Below, piece by piece: positions 37,639 through 41,396 of a DNA stretch of 41,396 nt. How positions within the stretch are numbered: position 1 is the first letter of the stretch; each line of letters starts with the position of its first letter. The notes beneath the pieces are model-generated. The model was not told where the DNA came from and did no database searches. It saw only the letters and a program-made list of their open reading frames with translations. The stretch lies in sequence record SRR20825010_911; one strand, written 5' to 3'. Made by a program: the position numbers and the translations under genes.

Positions 37639-40215
37639 ATGCATTTAAACATTACGAAAATAGGATTATTATTGCTAGTAATTGCAATTACCTCCTGCAA
37701 TGCAATAAAAAGAGTTGGCGATGACGAACTCCTATTGACCAAAAACCTAATTTATGCCGATAGTGTAAAAGTTACCGACGAAGACATACATAGCCTTATT
37801 TTTCAAAAACCCAACAGCACCTTATTGGGATACCCCCTAAGATTAAATCTTTACAACCTTGCCAAGAAAAACCCAGATTCTTCCTATCAGGTCTGGTTGC
37901 ACAAAAAAGAAAAAAGAGAGCAGCGCCTCATCAATATACTATCTAAAAAACAGGTGGAAAGATTGGGAGAGTCCTTTTTGGTCAAAGGAGCCAGCGTATG
38001 GTTAAAGAATATTGGAGAACCTCCAACCATTATAGACACCTCCAGAACAAGAAGGTCGTTGCAAAGACTAAATGCCTATTATAAAAGTAAGGGATATTTT
38101 AATAACTCCACTACCTATAAAATAGATACCAGCGCTAGAAAGCAACGGGCCATTATGAACTACAGGTTAGATTTGGGCACACCTTATCTTATAGACTCGG
38201 TATCCACGAATATTACCTCCTCTGCCCTAGACTCCATCAACAAGGCAAACAAGAGTAATTCCTTTATAAAATCAGGGCAACGGATAGACCTCGACAATTT
38301 TAATAGTGAAAGGGAACGATTGACCAATCTTTTTAGAAACACCGGAATCCATAACTTTCAAGAGAGTTCCATTTCCTACGATTTAATTGGAGACACCACC
38401 AAACTGGGGAACAATCAAAAAATGGATATCCTTCTAAATATTGAAGATCTAAAAACCAGGACAGATAACGCACTTTCCACTTCGGAATACAAGGTACATA
38501 CCTTCAAGAAAATAAATATTTACACCAACTACACCTTCAACAATGGGTTGGACAGCCTAAAAAAGGTGGATTATAAAGATTTCACGATCTATTACCAAGG
38601 AAAACTGAGATACAAGCCAAAAACCCTTACAGATGCCGTTTTCTTAAAAAAGGACAGTATCTACAGGGAAATTAACCGGATTAGAACCTATAGACAAATT
38701 ACCAACCTTAACACTTTTAAATATCCCAATATTGAATTCGTAGCAGACAGTACAAATTCAGAATTAACGGCCAATATCTATCTGTCGCCCCGTCCTAGAT
38801 ATTCATTGGGTACCGATTTTGATGTAACCCATTCCAATATTCAATTTTTAGGAATAGGGTTTAGTCCATCCTTACAAGCCAGAAATTTGTTCAAAGGTGC
38901 AGAAAACCTGAGCATTTCAGGAAGGATAAGCATTGGGGCTTCTAGTGATCCGGACATAGCGGACAACCGCTTTTTCAACATATTGGAAACGGGAGCCGAT
39001 ATCAACCTTAATTTACCTCGAATTTGGTTCCCATTTGTAAATACATCCAGAATTATACCCAACTACATGCTTCCCAAGACCAAATTATCTATTGGAACGA
39101 GTTTTCAACAGAATATTGGCTTGGACAAGCAAACCTTGAATACTGTTTTTGGATATAATTGGTCCCCAACAGATTTCAAAAAGAATGCTGCCGAGCTACT
39201 AAATGTCCAATTTGTTCGCAATGTAAACCCAGACCGGTTCTTTGCAGTATATGAGAGCACCTATGAAAATTTGGATGAAATTGCCGACAATTATGAAACC
39301 GATCCCGCACTGGCCGAATATTATGAGACCGTTGATGGCAGTACGGATCTCCAGTTGATTATTCCTGAAGGTACTACGGGCTTTACCAACGCCATTCTAA
39401 ATGGAGATGTCACTTCTAGTGACAAGGATTTTGAGGATGTGAGCAGTATTGAGGAAAGGCGAATAAGGCTTACTGAAAACAATTTAATTTTCGCAAGCAA
39501 TTACACTTTTACCAAAAATAATAAAACTGGCACAGCTGATAACGATTTCTATCAGTTTAGGTTCAAATTGGAAAGTGCAGGGAACCTATTGTCCGGAATA
39601 TCCAAAATAATTCCATTCTACACTAGTGATGACGACAAACTCTTGGTATTTAACGTGCCCTTTTCCCAATATATAAAAACCGAATTCGACTACATAAAAC
39701 ATTGGAGCACTTCAAGGACGAATGTATTGGCCTTTAGGAGTTTCTTTGGTATTGCGATACCCTATGGAAATTCGGACAACATACCCTTCGTAAGAAGTTA
39801 TTTTGCCGGCGGTTCCAACGACAACCGCGCCTGGCTGCCTTATTCCCTGGGACCAGGCAGAACTGAAGACGTAAACGACTTTAACGAAGCAAATTTAAAA
39901 ATCGCCTTCAATTTGGAATATAGGTTTCCAATAGTTGGTGATATTAAAGGGGCTCTATTTGCCGATGCCGGTAACATCTGGAATGCCCTGGACAATGTTA
40001 CCGATGAAAAGGCCACCTTCGAAAATTTGGGCTCCTTGGCAGACATCGCTTTGGGAACCGGTCTTGGAATTCGTTACGATTTTACGTATTTTGTATTCAG
40101 GTTGGATATGGGTCTTAAAACTTATAATCCCGCTGAAGAATCTTCAAAAAGATGGTTTAGGGACTACAATCTATCCAACGCAGTATTCAACATAGGTATA
40201 AATTATCCTTTTTAA
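37639..40215 (+). CDS. tamL: Omp85-family translocation and assembly module lipoprotein TamL
   Basis: Lipobox IAITSC, POTRA-like region, YFAGGSNDNRAW, FADAGNIW, terminal GINYPF; start 37639 or 37621. Confidence 0.88.
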   Translation: MHLNITKIGLLLLVIAITSCNAIKRVGDDELLLTKNLIYADSVKVTDEDIHSLIFQKPNSTLLGYPLRLNLYNLAKKNPDSSYQVWLHKKEKREQRLINILSKKQVERLGESFLVKGASVWLKNIGEPPTIIDTSRTRRSLQRLNAYYKSKGYFNNSTTYKIDTSARKQRAIMNYRLDLGTPYLIDSVSTNITSSALDSINKANKSNSFIKSGQRIDLDNFNSERERLTNLFRNTGIHNFQESSISYDLIGDTTKLGNNQKMDILLNIEDLKTRTDNALSTSEYKVHTFKKINIYTNYTFNNGLDSLKKVDYKDFTIYYQGKLRYKPKTLTDAVFLKKDSIYREINRIRTYRQITNLNTFKYPNIEFVADSTNSELTANIYLSPRPRYSLGTDFDVTHSNIQFLGIGFSPSLQARNLFKGAENLSISGRISIGASSDPDIADNRFFNILETGADINLNLPRIWFPFVNTSRIIPNYMLPKTKLSIGTSFQQNIGLDKQTLNTVFGYNWSPTDFKKNAAELLNVQFVRNVNPDRFFAVYESTYENLDEIADNYETDPALAEYYETVDGSTDLQLIIPEGTTGFTNAILNGDVTSSDKDFEDVSSIEERRIRLTENNLIFASNYTFTKNNKTGTADNDFYQFRFKLESAGNLLSGISKIIPFYTSDDDKLLVFNVPFSQYIKTEFDYIKHWSTSRTNVLAFRSFFGIAIPYGNSDNIPFVRSYFAGGSNDNRAWLPYSLGPGRTEDVNDFNEANLKIAFNLEYRFPIVGDIKGALFADAGNIWNALDNVTDEKATFENLGSLADIALGTGLGIRYDFTYFVFRLDMGLKTYNPAEESSKRWFRDYNLSNAVFNIGINYPF

Positions 40216-40230
40216 AGCTGATTATTTTAT

Positions 40231-40238
40231 TACTTTTG
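40231..40238 (+). promoter_or_regulatory. -7 promoter element for fbaA
   Basis: TACTTTTG matches TAnnTTTG. Confidence 0.5.
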
Positions 40239-40274
40239 TCCCATCTTTTTAATTAACTACACTAAAACAAGAAT

Positions 40275-41342
40275 ATGGCACACAATATTAAACCAGGAGT
40301 TGCAACCGGAGATGAGGTACAGAAAATTTTCAATTATGCTAAAGAAAAAGGATTTGCCCTACCTGCTGTTAATGTTATAGGATCGAACACTATAAACGGA
40401 GTTTTGGAAACTGCTGCCAGTTTAAATGCTCCAGTAATTATACAGTTCTCGAACGGAGGAGCACAGTTCAATGCCGGAAAAGGCTTATCCAATGACGGTC
40501 AGCAAGCCGCTATTTTGGGTGCCGTTGCAGGAGCAAAGCACGTTCATCAATTGGCCGAAGCCTATGGTGCAACCGTTATATTGCACACAGACCATTGTGC
40601 CAAAAAATTATTGCCTTGGATAGATGGTTTGTTGGATGCAAGTGAAAAACATTTCAAGGAAACGGGAAAACCGTTATACAGCTCACACATGATAGACCTA
40701 TCGGAGGAGCCAATAGAAGAGAATATTGAAATTTGCAAAAAATATCTTGCCAGAATGAGCAAGATGGGAATGACCCTGGAAATAGAATTGGGAATCACAG
40801 GAGGTGAAGAGGATGGTGTGGACAACACGGATGTGGACGATTCCAAACTATATACACAACCGGAAGAGGTTGCCTATGCTTACGAAGAGCTTTCCAAAGT
40901 GAGCCCTAAATTTACCATTGCCGCCGCATTTGGTAATGTACACGGTGTTTACAAGCCTGGAAACGTAAAATTGACCCCAAAGATCCTTAAAAATTCGCAA
41001 GAATTTGTCACTGAGAAATACGGTGTTGAACACAACCATATCGATTTCGTATTCCATGGTGGATCGGGATCTACCGTTGAGGAAATACGTGAGGCTATAG
41101 GATATGGTGTTATTAAAATGAATATTGATACCGATTTACAGTATGCCTTCCTTGAAGGGATCAGGGACTATATCCAAGGTAAAAAGGACTATTTACAATC
41201 CCAGATCGGTAATCCAAACGGTGCCGACGAGCCAAACAAAAAGCATTACGACCCACGTGTTTGGTTAAGAGAAGGAGAAAAAACGTTTGTTACACGTCTT
41301 AAAAAGGCTTTTGAGGACCTTAATAATGTGAATACCCTATAA
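40275..41342 (+). CDS. fbaA: Class II fructose-bisphosphate aldolase
   Basis: HTDHCAKK, SHMIDLS, GNVHGVY, VFHGGSG, KMNIDTD. Confidence 0.97.
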   Translation: MAHNIKPGVATGDEVQKIFNYAKEKGFALPAVNVIGSNTINGVLETAASLNAPVIIQFSNGGAQFNAGKGLSNDGQQAAILGAVAGAKHVHQLAEAYGATVILHTDHCAKKLLPWIDGLLDASEKHFKETGKPLYSSHMIDLSEEPIEENIEICKKYLARMSKMGMTLEIELGITGGEEDGVDNTDVDDSKLYTQPEEVAYAYEELSKVSPKFTIAAAFGNVHGVYKPGNVKLTPKILKNSQEFVTEKYGVEHNHIDFVFHGGSGSTVEEIREAIGYGVIKMNIDTDLQYAFLEGIRDYIQGKKDYLQSQIGNPNGADEPNKKHYDPRVWLREGEKTFVTRLKKAFEDLNNVNTL

Positions 41343-41366
41343 TCCCCCAACCCAAAAAGAAAGCTT

Positions 41367-41396
41367 ATGTCGTCTTGGTTTAAAAGAAAGGAAAAA
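41367..41396 (+). CDS. accD: Acetyl-CoA carboxylase carboxyltransferase beta, 5' fragment (truncated by window edge)
   Basis: MSSWFKRKEK resembles the Bacteroidota AccD N-terminus and follows fbaA; only 10 codons visible. Confidence 0.6.
   Translation, partial: MSSWFKRKEK

Noticed and set aside
1-41396. CRISPR array, integrase/transposase, rRNA or intact tRNA
   Set aside because: No regularly spaced repeats, recombinase or DDE motifs, or complete cloverleaf seen; only 3'-end-like fragments at 24-163

Overview
AT-rich Bacteroidota DNA, very probably a marine Flavobacteriaceae chromosome, judged from TAnnTTTG promoters, porT/tamL and the ubiE-porT-trmH-tamL-fbaA-accD gene order. The right part (about 23.5-41.4 kb) is housekeeping: class A PBP, apaG, pruA, rsmG, a fatty-acid desaturase, an aminotransferase, trkA/trkH, ubiE, porT, a TrmH methylase, tamL, fbaA and the start of accD. 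The left part (1 to about 23.5 kb) looks accessory. It starts at tmRNA/tRNA 3'-end-like fragments and carries DUF2188, an M81 peptidase, a Bor-like lipoprotein plus FAD oxidoreductase pair, an RND efflux operon, a lone receiver protein and a large lipoprotein of unknown function. The main candidate for an undescribed system is the minus-strand locus at 5412-13725. A PAS-LuxR regulator and a 20-bp palindromic operator precede two large, apparently paralogous unknown proteins (770 and 921 aa) and a metacaspase fused to a peptidoglycan-binding domain. My inference is a protease-activated two-component pore-forming or assembly system. No CRISPR array, integrase, transposase, rRNA or intact tRNA was seen. 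All family calls come from motif recognition by eye; no searches were run.
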